Source: Candidatus Poribacteria bacterium (GTDB lineage: Bacteria; Poribacteria; WGA-4E; WGA-3G). Taken from it: DNA of 64,000 nucleotides. Under the pieces are notes generated by a model. It saw nothing but the letters and a program-made list of their open reading frames with translations. It searched no databases and was not told where the DNA came from. This document shows positions 28,519 through 38,592 of this stretch, piece by piece (within the stretch, counting starts at the first letter, position 1; each line of letters opens with the position of its first letter). Position numbers and translations under genes: made by a program. Location: assembly GCA_965215265.1 (NCBI GenBank), contig OZ244048.1, positions 2,272,001-2,336,000 of the forward strand, in the 5' to 3' direction.

Positions 28519-28731
28519 ATGAATCCTATGAATCGAAATATAAGCCACGGCGTGGTAGCACTTCTCATTGTCTGCTTCTTGGGTACATCACTTATGATGA
28601 TAGCCCCTGTCGAAGATACGGACGCATGGCCATACCACGCTTGTTGCGATTGGGAAACTGACTAGTTTGTCAACGGTAGTATTATTGAAGTCTATTGGCA
28701 TTGTGACAACTACTTCCACGGGCACGTGTGA
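28519..28731 (+). pseudogene. Small secreted Cys/His/Trp-rich peptide gene with an in-frame TAG
   Basis: MNPMNRNISHGVVALLIVCFLGTSLMMIAPVEDTDA-WPYHACCDWETD*FVNGSIIEVYWHCDNYFHGHV*; TAG at 28663-28665; hairpin at 28762-28800. Confidence 0.6.
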
Positions 28732-28817
28732 TCCTGCGGTTTTACGTGTCCCTGAAAACGTGAAAGGGCAATCCCTGGCAGAGGTCTGCGATTGCCCTTC
28801 AACTTAGGAGAAAAAGA

Positions 28818-29720
28818 ATGAAAAATGTGATGTTTGGCAGTCTCTGCTTGTTAATCTTATGTAAGTTCTCTGTCCATACCTTTAGCGATGCTGAGAACGC
28901 CCCTCGGCTGACGAACGATCGTTCTTCTCAAAAAGGTTCCCGTCCCTCCCCGCCGCCTCTGGAAGCAATGAGTGACGTGCTTTGGGAGGCATCGCTTGTA
29001 ACGTTTCAGGAGCTCCTCAAGACAGACCCGGAATCTGCACGTGCAGAACTCCAGAACGTCAGCAAAAAACTCTTCAACGGGCATCTGCTCACCGAAGAAT
29101 GGGTGCCGCTCTACTTCCGCATCCGCCACAAAGGTACTGAACATCTCTCAGATGTAAAACGCTTGACGGAATTGGAAATCCGGATGCTTACTGCCATTGC
29201 TATGGAAACAGGAGATTTCCAAAAGTATGCCCTCCAGCTGCAGCGCCTCCAAGAAGCCTATCAAAAGTATGAAGACAGGGAAAAAGTGCAGGAAAACAAC
29301 AACCCCGGACATACCCATGGACATAGCCACGGGCTGCCCCCCAAAACCGGAAACGCTTCACGCGGCACGGAGAGCAACGCAGCAGTCGACGAGCGTGATA
29401 TAGAAGCCGTACGCGTAGAATACCTCTCACGCTTTAAAGCAGAGTTCAACGATCACCCGCTCACCGAAAAAATGGTGGATACTACACTCGCACTCGCGGT
29501 AAAGAAAAAGCCAGAGCTGATCGAACTGACAGCGTTACAAATTCAGATTATGAAGGAGGTAGATGCCGAAAAGTATAAGGAAGAAATTCAGAATGCTGAA
29601 GCGGGGTTAAGAAAACTCCAGAATATAAGGGATTTGCTTGAAAAGCAAGGCTCGCTTGAGACTGAGACAGTCAATTTCAAATTTGACATTAACAAACAGT
29701 TGTCAAGATTGAAAAAGTAA
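28818..29720 (+). CDS. Secreted helical hypothetical protein with a duplicated domain
   Basis: SD AGGAG; signal peptide; FNGHLLTEEW..LTELEIRML and FNDHPLTEKM..LTALQIQIM modules; HTHGHSH linker. Confidence 0.75.
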   Translation: MKNVMFGSLCLLILCKFSVHTFSDAENAPRLTNDRSSQKGSRPSPPPLEAMSDVLWEASLVTFQELLKTDPESARAELQNVSKKLFNGHLLTEEWVPLYFRIRHKGTEHLSDVKRLTELEIRMLTAIAMETGDFQKYALQLQRLQEAYQKYEDREKVQENNNPGHTHGHSHGLPPKTGNASRGTESNAAVDERDIEAVRVEYLSRFKAEFNDHPLTEKMVDTTLALAVKKKPELIELTALQIQIMKEVDAEKYKEEIQNAEAGLRKLQNIRDLLEKQGSLETETVNFKFDINKQLSRLKK

Positions 29721-29888
29721 GCAAGGTGCAGGCGAGAAAGGAAGAGGGAGAGAGAAGGTAGATTATCGTTACCTAAAGGTGACGATAACTTCGTTACTCT
29801 CCCTACCTTACCTATAGGTGACGTAGACTACCGGGGATGCCTGCTTGGAAACAGATGCCGATCATTCTTTGTAAAGGAAAGAAATTGT

Positions 29889-30638
29889 ATGAAAGAACAA
29901 ATAGGAGCAGCCATTGGACTCATAGTCTTCATCTGTGTCGGTTTTTGGGTTTACACGCAGTGGGACCTTAAACGTTTTAAAGAATTGCTGCCCACTCCCC
30001 CCGTGCAGACAGAAACGCGCGAGATAGCCCCTGCACAACAAGCACTCACACCACATGTGCCAACGGAAACCACAGCGCCTGCTAAAACCGCATCCCCGAT
30101 GTGCGACACCGAAGTCGAAACCCGAGAGCACATCGCCGCGCAACCCCCTGAAATTGTGCCTGTTGCGGATGGCACCACAGCGGATGTGGCCCTTGACAGT
30201 TTCTTGGACCTATTTTTTGAAGAAACTCAGTCGGATGCAATCACGTCTGGAGACTTCTCGGATGTTTCCCAGGAAGCCCCCTACGACCAAGCCCTGGTGG
30301 AAAAAGGTTTCGAGGATTACAACGCCTCTCTCGCATTCAATCCTGAATACGCCTACCAACGACTTGATGATGCACTCCGCGAGCAATATGGAGACGACTC
30401 TGATGTTGACATCATTGTTGAGACTGTCCGACGCAGCAATGAGGGGCCCATTACAATCGACGATGCGATTCACCACACAGAGGCAATGATAAGACTTGTG
30501 TCGAAAATCTGTCCCCCTGAAGCCGTCGCAGTGATTGCCGACAATCTGGAATACCTCAGAGAATCTAAACAATTGGCACTTGAAGCTGGAGAGGATACCG
30601 TCCACCTTTTTAACTTTCGTTTTCATGTCGGAGAATAA
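29889..30638 (+). CDS. Membrane-anchored hypothetical protein
   Basis: N-terminal TM, Pro/Thr linker, QYGDDSDVD module. Confidence 0.7.
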   Translation: MKEQIGAAIGLIVFICVGFWVYTQWDLKRFKELLPTPPVQTETREIAPAQQALTPHVPTETTAPAKTASPMCDTEVETREHIAAQPPEIVPVADGTTADVALDSFLDLFFEETQSDAITSGDFSDVSQEAPYDQALVEKGFEDYNASLAFNPEYAYQRLDDALREQYGDDSDVDIIVETVRRSNEGPITIDDAIHHTEAMIRLVSKICPPEAVAVIADNLEYLRESKQLALEAGEDTVHLFNFRFHVGE

Positions 30639-30641
30639 ACC

Positions 30642-31034
30642 ATGAAGTCATTCTTTTATAGCGTCTGTATTATCAGTGCTGTCACAGGTTTCGCTTTTTA
30701 TTGAGGAAAAGGACCCGCAGCCCATCCCAAAACATTACTTGCCGAACGGCATCACGTACAGAAAGAACCTGCAGCAACAGGAATAGAATCCGTACACTCC
30801 ACCGAAACCTCACTCCTAGAGGAAGAGAAAAAAGGCTGTGGGTGCTGTCGTTCTGCATTGGAAAAGGTGAGACAGAAACGCAAGGCACTAGAGATGTGGG
30901 CACGGGAGATGATCGACACGCACGGTTATGAAGAAGGCATGCAGCACGTCACAGCCAAATCCCCGACGTTGGCGAAACGGGTACGGTGCCTCCTTGAAAA
31001 AGAGAAAAAGAGCCGAATCCCTAAGCTTTACTGA
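30642..31034 (+). pseudogene. Secreted hypothetical protein (CGCC motif) interrupted by TGA at codon 21
   Basis: MKSFFYSVCIISAVTGFAFY*GKGP...KKGCGCCRSALEKVRQKRK...LY*; TGA at 30702-30704. Confidence 0.6.
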
Positions 31035-32061
31035 TGGAAGGTTTTCTTTCCATTTACATGATTGGCTGTGGTGGTGATAGCGATGATGGTGAGGGAGAAG
31101 TTCAAGATGCAGCGTTCGTCAGTGCAGCACCAGGCAGTAGCGACCTTGCAGCAAATGCGAGTATTACGGTTACCTTTGACAACGATCCGGGTGCTGTAAC
31201 TGCCAGTGCTGGTGACGTTTCAGGTGCAGAGAAAAGCAGGACAATTTCCAGTCCCTTTACCCTTGGGACACTTGCTCTCGTACACTCTTGGGAAAATGGC
31301 GGAAGCCATACGCTTTTTGTATATCTCCGTACCATCAACGCTTAGGTATTGACAGCTCGTGTGTAAATCTCGTCGGAGGCTCCTGATGTATTGACTCCAA
31401 GAATTACAACATCACAGCACCGGATACTGCTCCTTCCACCGTCACGGACGGTTCCGTTAAAGACGGTGATAAGGTCCATCCTGAGGCGATTAACAGTGAC
31501 GCTAAGATCGAGATTACCTTTCGCGAAGATGTAACCGGTTACATCGCCTTGCAGACTGAAGGCGGCGACGATGTCGGCTGGCTTGGCAAGGTTAAAGGCA
31601 ATAAAGCAACGCTGTACCTGGTGAAACGCCAAAAACTGGACTATAACGTTCCCTATATCATTGTTGGCGAAGTTACTGACGCAGCAGGCAACGCAACCGA
31701 GGTTAACACAGTGTTTAGCACCGCTGTTAAAACCGTCGTTCCTATTGAAATCACGGATGCAACTTTTGATAACATTGTGTTGAATTCTGAGTTTCCTATC
31801 GTAGTTGAATTTTGCGGAGTGTGGTGCCCGTTCTGCCGGCAGATGGGGCCAATTGTCCGCGAAGTTGCATCGGAGCACAGAAAGACATTCGCCATTGCAA
31901 AGTTGGATATTGATTCTAACCAGCAAATTACCAGAAAATATCAGGTGCGTGGAGTGCCAGCGTATATTGTGTTCCAAGATGGTGAAATTGTTGGGCGTAT
32001 TGGGGGAGCACTGCCGAAAGTCAGTTTCGTCCGGGAGGTCCTCCGCTTGATTAGCAATTGA
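31034..32061 (+). pseudogene. Ig-like lipoprotein-thioredoxin fusion disrupted by an 86-bp repeat insertion
   Basis: IGCGG lipobox-like; ITVTFD; removing 31315-31400 restores H-T-L-N-Y-N-I-T-A-P-D in frame with DAAGN and the thioredoxin WCPFC..VRGVP domain. Confidence 0.75.
31315..31400 (-). mobile_element. Single arm of the palindromic repeat family inserted into a CDS
   Basis: TTTTGTATATCTCCGTACCATCAACGCTTAGGTATTGACAGCTCGTGTGTAAATCTCGTCGGAGG matches copies at 52187-52245 and 58484-58680. Confidence 0.8.
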
Positions 32062-32154
32062 GGTTTTCTTCCGTTTTTGTAAGCCTGAGGTGCAGAAAGC
32101 CGACCTGCAAACCGAGGCAAAGTCCTGAGTTTAGACTAAACCTGGGGTGATAAC

Positions 32155-33264
32155 ATGGATAAAAAATATCGCATTCAGAACGTCGATAGCATACCGAGTC
32201 CTTCACTTGTTGTCTATTTAGCCGAGGTTAAGCAGAACATAGAACGGGCGATTGCCCTCGTTAATGGAAATTTAGAGAAACTACGTCCGCACGTGAAGAC
32301 ACATAAAACTGCGGAAATCGTTGCGATGGAACGCGAAACAGGCATTCTCAAGCACAAATGCTCCACCTTGCGTGAAGCCGAAATGTTGGCGGAAGTCGGC
32401 ATAAAAGATATTCTCATCGCGTATCAGATACTCGGACCCAATATCGACCTGCTTATCTCTCTACTGCGTGCATTTCCACATGTAGACTTCAAGGTTCTTG
32501 TTGACCACCGCGATGGCGTAGAGGCGCTCGCCGCTGCGATGACGCACCATCATCTCAACATCAAGGTCATGCTCGATATAGATGTAGGAATGCATCGAAC
32601 GGGCATTGCCGTGGGCGATGCTGCCGTGGAACTGTATGCACATATTGACGGTGCGGCCGGCTTACATCCGTGGGGCTTGCACATTTACGACGGACATATA
32701 CACGATAAAGATGTAGCCGCGCGTAGGCGTTCCTGCGACTACAGTCTTGCACAGGTTGAGGAGATGCGTTATAAACTGAGACGTAAAGGCCTTGCCGTGC
32801 CAGTCGTGGTGATGGGTGGTACCCCGACCTTCCCAATCTATGCAAAAACCCCGGGCGTGGAGGCATCCCCCGGCACGTTCGTCTTCCATGACTATGGGTA
32901 CGCCCACCGTTACCCAGATCTCGGTTTTACGCCGGCGGCGGTGCTCTTAAGTCGTGTTATTAGCAAGCCTACTGCGAATCGCTTTACCTTAGATTTAGGC
33001 CATAAAGCGATCGCTGCAGATCCGGATGGCGTTCGCGGGATTGTCTTAAACGTTGACGGTGCGGAGGTTGACAAACAGCATGAAGAACATTGGGCGGTTA
33101 ACATTCCGGATGGGACTGCCGTTAAACTTGGGCAGGCGGTTTATGTCTGCCCGACGCATATCTGCCCTTCAGTGGCACTGCATCCGTACTACTATGTAGT
33201 AGATGCAGATGGATATTGCAGAGAAACATGGGAGGTAACTGCACGAAATCGGAGTCTGTTTTAG
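32155..33264 (+). CDS. D-TA/DSD1-family PLP-dependent enzyme
   Basis: LRPHVKTHK, DIDVGMHRTG, YDGH, GGTPT, DLGHKA, EEHW, PTHICP. Confidence 0.9.
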   Translation: MDKKYRIQNVDSIPSPSLVVYLAEVKQNIERAIALVNGNLEKLRPHVKTHKTAEIVAMERETGILKHKCSTLREAEMLAEVGIKDILIAYQILGPNIDLLISLLRAFPHVDFKVLVDHRDGVEALAAAMTHHHLNIKVMLDIDVGMHRTGIAVGDAAVELYAHIDGAAGLHPWGLHIYDGHIHDKDVAARRRSCDYSLAQVEEMRYKLRRKGLAVPVVVMGGTPTFPIYAKTPGVEASPGTFVFHDYGYAHRYPDLGFTPAAVLLSRVISKPTANRFTLDLGHKAIAADPDGVRGIVLNVDGAEVDKQHEEHWAVNIPDGTAVKLGQAVYVCPTHICPSVALHPYYYVVDADGYCRETWEVTARNRSLF

Positions 33265-33304
33265 ACACGTTGGTGCAGTGGTATTTCTCTTTTTAGCAAT
33301 AGAG

Positions 33305-33550
33305 TTATTGCAGTTTACCGTCAATCCACAGTTCGTATGCGTAATCCCAAGTTCGATGGAAAATCCGGACGATACAAGGGAGCCCATCAAGTTTGAAGCG
33401 GTGCTCTAGCCCTATGTCAAATAATCTGTATTGCCTTTCATAGATTAATTCTTCGTCAACCCAGATATATGTCGTCCCAGAGAATTGTGAATATTTAACC
33501 CGAACAGTATGAGATTTTGGGGTTTCTACCATTCATTCACGAGTCATCAT
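33305..33550 (-). CDS. Small FAIM1-like beta protein; in-frame TGA at codon 6 followed directly by ATG
   Basis: SD GGAG, then MMTRE*MVETPKSHTVRVKYSQFSGTTYIWVDEE...YAYELWIDGK. Confidence 0.55.
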
Positions 33551-33570
33551 TAACTCCAATCTTATCTTAT

Positions 33571-34650
33571 CTAATCGAAAAGATTTTCGCTATTTTCTTG
33601 ATGTAGTTTCTGAATTGCATCGACCAATTTTTCAGGTCCAAATCGCACGACATCCGTTGCTGGTAGTCCCGTCTCCGCTTCGGCCGCGTGAATCGCGTTG
33701 CGAGCGTCTTCTTCTGTTAAATCGAAGCAATTCAATGCCAACGCGATGACTTTGGCAGGTTTAATCGGTTCCGTCAGAATCTCGTACTGTGCAATCATTT
33801 CCCTCAACGAAGGTAAAGGCACTGTATAGCGCGCCACGGTATCGCGCGAGGGCTGATGACAAAATATCATTGCATCCGGCATGCTACCGTGGAGAAGACT
33901 TAACGTCACCCCAGAGTAGCCTGGATGGACAAGTGAACCTTGCCCCTCAACCAATAGCACGTCACGGTTTTTCGCACCTTCAAGTACAATCTGCTCTGCG
34001 GCCCCGGCTGTGAAGTCAGAGACGACAGCATCAATTGCGATGCCCCAGCCCCATACCATAATGCCGTTCTGCCCGGTTGGACAAAACTCGGCATTGAGCC
34101 CGCGTGCTCGCGCCGCATTGGTTATTTCTATGCCGGATAACATTTTACCGACACGGCAGTCTGATCCGACGGTTAAGATAACGGTTGCACGGACTTCCGC
34201 TGCTTGACATGTTGCTACATGCAAATCCAGCGGGGGTTTCCGTGCATCCCATAACGTGACTGCGTGTTTTTTCGCCAGCGTTGCGAATTCGTCATCCTCG
34301 CTCAGAAAGTGATGGAGCCCACTCATGACATGCAGCCCCTGTCCGATAGCCTGCTTGAGAGTTGCTCGCCACGGTTGTGGTAACTCACCGCCGGGTGGTG
34401 CGATTCCGATAGCCAGCATCGTCGGTTGAAAACGTATCGCCTCAGTGAGGCGACTGACGATTGGAATCCCTTTCCCAATCCCAATAACCTCACTGACCTC
34501 TTTCCCTGCCTGTGTACTATCAATCACTGCTACAACATTTTCAGGGAGGTAGCGCACGAGGACCGTTGCTGTTTTTGATTCAAGCACTCCGAAGTAGCCT
34601 TCGGCCAGAATCGCGATTCTCTCTGATTTAGGGTTTAATTGCTGTTTCAT
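33571..34650 (-). CDS. DUF1611-family P-loop protein
   Basis: IGIAPPGG, GLH, TVGSDCRVGKM, TGQNGI, VEGQGSLVHPGY. Confidence 0.88.
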   Translation of the reverse strand: MKQQLNPKSERIAILAEGYFGVLESKTATVLVRYLPENVVAVIDSTQAGKEVSEVIGIGKGIPIVSRLTEAIRFQPTMLAIGIAPPGGELPQPWRATLKQAIGQGLHVMSGLHHFLSEDDEFATLAKKHAVTLWDARKPPLDLHVATCQAAEVRATVILTVGSDCRVGKMLSGIEITNAARARGLNAEFCPTGQNGIMVWGWGIAIDAVVSDFTAGAAEQIVLEGAKNRDVLLVEGQGSLVHPGYSGVTLSLLHGSMPDAMIFCHQPSRDTVARYTVPLPSLREMIAQYEILTEPIKPAKVIALALNCFDLTEEDARNAIHAAEAETGLPATDVVRFGPEKLVDAIQKLHQENSENLFD

Positions 34651-34844
34651 TTTTTGTCGATTCAAAGGTTACAGTCTATTCAGCGTTAGCATACGTTTGC
34701 GCATCTTGTCAGTGGGTTTCTCGTTTTTCACCTTTGTTAACAGATTACCAAGCATCCAAATCCAGGTCAAGGAATATCATAAAGTTCAGAAAAAAACAGG
34801 CTTCCTCCTTTTAGTTTTGGAGCGTCGAGTACCGTCCAAGTTTA

Positions 34845-35732
34845 TCAGCGTTGTGGCAAAAATTGGCGAAGGTAGCTGCCTCCGAGGGCAAAACCTTCTA
34901 GTCCTGGTATACCGCGGTCTTCGTTTTCAACACATAGCACATAGTCGTAGCCCGCTTCGAGTAACGCGCCGATGATAGTGCCCCAATTTAACTGCCCACG
35001 TCCTGGCACGCGATATTGCCACCACCAATTGCCGATAATGCCTTGTCGGAAGCGCATCTGTGGACTAATTTCACAATCTTTGACATCCGCATAATACCAT
35101 TTGCCGTTGAACATGCGGATGGCATCTTCAGCAGGTAAAATACCCAGCCATAGCCAATGCGACGGATCACATGATAACCCGAGTGCGTCAGATGCTGCTG
35201 CATCAAGTATCCGTTCCCACATCTCCGGATTACAAGCGATATTTCCCATGCGTACGGCACAATCCAAAGCGAGCCGGATGCCTTTCTCTTCAGCAAACCG
35301 GAGTACAGGATGCCACATTTCCGTGAATCTCTGGACCAGTTCAATCGATCTGTCGCCCGGGTTGCCTGGTTCCGAAGAAAATTGTCCGTAGAAATGCCAA
35401 CTCACAGGACTGCCAGCATACGTGACCAAAACTGGAACCTTGAGGAGATGTGTCGCCTCAATAGCCTTTAACAGTTGGTTGCGGGCAGACTCCCGTTTTT
35501 CGGCATCATCGTCTAGTAGATTACAATGTGCTGTTAAAGCGGCCAGATAAATGCCGTTCGCGGAGAGGATTTCGTTGACATTTTCACCGCCGGATTGTAT
35601 AATAGTATTTGGTTCAACGATACCTGTGGCATTGAGTCGAATTGCGTTAAAACCGTGCGCTTTTGCCCACTGTGCACATTCTTCAAGGCTCCATGTATCA
35701 TCTCCGATACTCGTGCTGAAACTGATATCCAT
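34845..35732 (-). CDS. Sugar phosphate isomerase/epimerase (AP-endonuclease-2 TIM barrel)
   Basis: DPSHWLW, DVKD, RVPGRGQLNW, GYDYVLCVENED. Confidence 0.85.
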   Translation of the reverse strand: MDISFSTSIGDDTWSLEECAQWAKAHGFNAIRLNATGIVEPNTIIQSGGENVNEILSANGIYLAALTAHCNLLDDDAEKRESARNQLLKAIEATHLLKVPVLVTYAGSPVSWHFYGQFSSEPGNPGDRSIELVQRFTEMWHPVLRFAEEKGIRLALDCAVRMGNIACNPEMWERILDAAASDALGLSCDPSHWLWLGILPAEDAIRMFNGKWYYADVKDCEISPQMRFRQGIIGNWWWQYRVPGRGQLNWGTIIGALLEAGYDYVLCVENEDRGIPGLEGFALGGSYLRQFLPQR

Positions 35733-35775
35733 AAGTTTTACTCCTCAAAAAACTGTGAGACGAGCTAAGTCTATT

Positions 35776-36459
35776 ATGCAAATTATTTGTGAAGCACCAC
35801 ACAATGAAAGGGTGCTTAACCTCTATCATCGACTCCGAGAGCAACATGGGCCGCAAACCTGGTGGCCTGCCGATACTCCGTTTGAGGTCTGCCTCGGTTC
35901 TATTTTAACACAAGCGACGGCGTGGCGCAACGTAGTCAAAGCGATTGACAATCTCAAATCTGCTGATGCGTTTACTCCGCGACAGCTCTTCTACGTTGGC
36001 CAATCAGAGTTAGAGAAACTCTTGCGCCCGTCACGGTATTACCGCGCCAAAGCGAAGAAGGTACGGGCATTTGTTGAGCATATCACGAAGCGGCCTATGC
36101 ATGTAATGTTTGCCCAACCGGTGCCGGTGCTGCGGCAGGAATTGCTGTCTATCTACGGTGTGGGTCCCGAGACAGCCGATTCGATTATTCTATACGCCGC
36201 GAGAAAACCGAGTTTTGTCGTTGATACCTATACTTATAGGCTCCTCTCGCGATTGGGCTGGATTGAGGGCAACTTCCACTATGCGAAACTCCGCGCCCTC
36301 TTTATGGAGAATCTACCGCACGATGTCGGTTTATTTAACGAATATCACGCGCTCATCGTTCGGCATGGTGCAAGAGTATGCCAGAAAACGCCAAAATGTC
36401 AAGCATGTAATTTTCAAACAAGGTGTACCTATTTTTCCGTTTTGGAGGAGAAAGTTTGA
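35776..36459 (+). CDS. Endonuclease III-like HhH-GPD DNA glycosylase
   Basis: WWPADTPFEV, ILTQ, GVGPETADSI, VVDTY, C-x6-C-x2-C-x5-C FeS motif. Confidence 0.88.
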   Translation: MQIICEAPHNERVLNLYHRLREQHGPQTWWPADTPFEVCLGSILTQATAWRNVVKAIDNLKSADAFTPRQLFYVGQSELEKLLRPSRYYRAKAKKVRAFVEHITKRPMHVMFAQPVPVLRQELLSIYGVGPETADSIILYAARKPSFVVDTYTYRLLSRLGWIEGNFHYAKLRALFMENLPHDVGLFNEYHALIVRHGARVCQKTPKCQACNFQTRCTYFSVLEEKV

Positions 36460-36720
36460 GAATCTTCCGTGCAATACGTCAAGGATTTTGTTTGGACTCA
36501 CTCGATTTTCTCACAGAACACGGCATTACAGACATGCCATTTGTCTATGTCCTTTGAGCGCTTTTCCACGGTACTGCGAGCCGAGCATCCTGCGTGGGAT
36601 AGGTTATCTTGGACAAGACGCAGATGTACGAAAAAGCAGGTGGACGGTTTGAGACACGCCGCTTGATTTACCGCACTACCTGCAATGAATGTCTCTACTG
36701 GCCCGAGGTCGCGCGCGATG

Positions 36721-38391
36721 TCAGTTCTCCTTCACAACAAGAATCTGATTGGTTTTAATGTTTTGCCAGGTTTCACTTTGCCCGCAAGGCCACCTAACTG
36801 TTAGCGTATTAACCGACTCTGCATCGCCCAATCCAAAGTGCAAGCGCAAATCGTTCTGACTCAGGTATCCCGAACCGCTTTTGACTTCTCGGATTTGTGT
36901 CAAGTTGCCGTTACTAACCGTCACTCGTGCACCAATTGCGCTTCGGTTGCAATGGTTTCCCACTAATTGAATCTGCAACCACCGCTGGATATTGCCTGTA
37001 GTGTTCCGTAACAAAGTTGATGTCTTGTTCAGATTTGAGACGACAACGTCGATGTCACCATCGTTATCAATATCGCCGAAAGCCGCCCCGCGACTGCTAT
37101 AAACATTCTGTTCGACAGGCGTTATAGCCTGGAAATTGAGCCCCCGGTTGTTCAAAAACAGTTGATTGGGCTGGGCATACGTGCCGATAGGATGGATTTC
37201 CGCAACGTTGTCGTCAAGATGGCCGTTAGCAATAAAGACATCCAACCAGCCATCGTTATCAAAATCTATGAAATCAACACCCCATGCTAAATATCGGAGA
37301 CTCTTCTCACCGATTCCTTTTTGAAAGCTAACCTCTGTGAAAAATCCGTTTTGCGTATTGTGATAAAGGCTGTTCGTCTGCTCCTGAAAGTTAGTGATAA
37401 CGATGTCCAGATTGCCGTCGTTGTCAAAATCCCCCAAGTTTGCGCCCATGCCGCTGTAGGCACGCCCTTCTTCGCTAAGCGCAACGCCTGCGAAGAGTGC
37501 ATCTTCAGTGAAAGTGCCGTCGCCGTTGTTCCAATAGAGGAAATTCGGTGTCGTATCGTTTGCAACGAAGATATCAACAGTACCATCGGAATTAATATCG
37601 CCGCAGACAACCCCTAACCCTTTTCCCGGGGACAGAGCGATGCCTGCGTTTGCGGTAACATCCGTGAACGTGCCATTGCCGTTATTGCGGTAGAGGATAT
37701 CCGCTGCGCTTGGGAGTACCTCCGGTGTGCAATAGGTAGGGATGCCTCGTCGGCTGCAATGCGGATTTGCCTCGAACGTAAATTGAACGTAGTTGACGAC
37801 GTAGAGGTCCAGAAAACCGTCAGCATCATAATCGATAAAAGCACAACCTGTGCTAAGCTGCCCCTTTCCTCCAACGTCTGCGTCCTCTGTTACATCCGTG
37901 AACGTACCATCACCGTTATTTCGATAGAGAACATTGGTACCGTAGTTAGTTACATAAAGGTCTGTGAACCCGTCGTTGTTGTAGTCGCCGACGCAGCAGC
38001 CGAATCCGTATCGAGTATCCCCCACGTTGGCTTTATGTGTCACATCGCTCAGCTCGAGGGGGGCGTGTGAGTTTCGCGTGTTTTGCCGACTATCGTTGCG
38101 ATACAGGAGATTTGTGGCTAAAACGGGTGGTTTTTCTATTTCGCTTGGAGTTAAGTCAGTTCCATTGACAAAATAGATATCCAAATCGGCATCGTTGTCA
38201 AAATCAAAGAGGGCAACACCACTTCCAAGCGGTTCAATAAAATACTTTTTCCCAATTGCACCGTTTGTATGGCGAAATTCGAAGCTGCCCGGTTCTGCTA
38301 TGAGAGCAACACGTTTTTGTGCTACCGCTTCAAGTAAAAAGAGAGATATCAGAGCCAGGATTGTGAACAACATAAATTTTTTGTATCGCAT
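36721..38391 (-). CDS. CRTAC1-family protein (FG-GAP/VCBS repeats + ASPIC/UnbV)
   Basis: Repeated DxDNDG, NxLYRNNGDGTFTDVT; SAIGARV..GSGYLSQ..LHFGLG. Confidence 0.92.
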   Translation of the reverse strand: MRYKKFMLFTILALISLFLLEAVAQKRVALIAEPGSFEFRHTNGAIGKKYFIEPLGSGVALFDFDNDADLDIYFVNGTDLTPSEIEKPPVLATNLLYRNDSRQNTRNSHAPLELSDVTHKANVGDTRYGFGCCVGDYNNDGFTDLYVTNYGTNVLYRNNGDGTFTDVTEDADVGGKGQLSTGCAFIDYDADGFLDLYVVNYVQFTFEANPHCSRRGIPTYCTPEVLPSAADILYRNNGNGTFTDVTANAGIALSPGKGLGVVCGDINSDGTVDIFVANDTTPNFLYWNNGDGTFTEDALFAGVALSEEGRAYSGMGANLGDFDNDGNLDIVITNFQEQTNSLYHNTQNGFFTEVSFQKGIGEKSLRYLAWGVDFIDFDNDGWLDVFIANGHLDDNVAEIHPIGTYAQPNQLFLNNRGLNFQAITPVEQNVYSSRGAAFGDIDNDGDIDVVVSNLNKTSTLLRNTTGNIQRWLQIQLVGNHCNRSAIGARVTVSNGNLTQIREVKSGSGYLSQNDLRLHFGLGDAESVNTLTVRWPCGQSETWQNIKTNQILVVKEN

Positions 38392-38592
38392 TGCATGTAG
38401 ATATGCTATAATAAACATAATCAGAAATTTATCGCATAGACTGGAAACAGAGCATTCTAAGGTTTTGATTATCCCGGTCAGCAGTTCTCCTTAGGCATCC
38501 TGTTTTCAAGTCCATCATGAGATTTTAGAGGATATGACAATCCTTTTTTTAGCATGAACTAACTGTCTATTTGTGCATAAGGAGATTCTCTT

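Noticed and set aside
30702-30704. Genome-wide TGA=Trp or Sec recoding
   Set aside because: TGA terminates conserved genes such as map and ccmC, and TGG is used normally.
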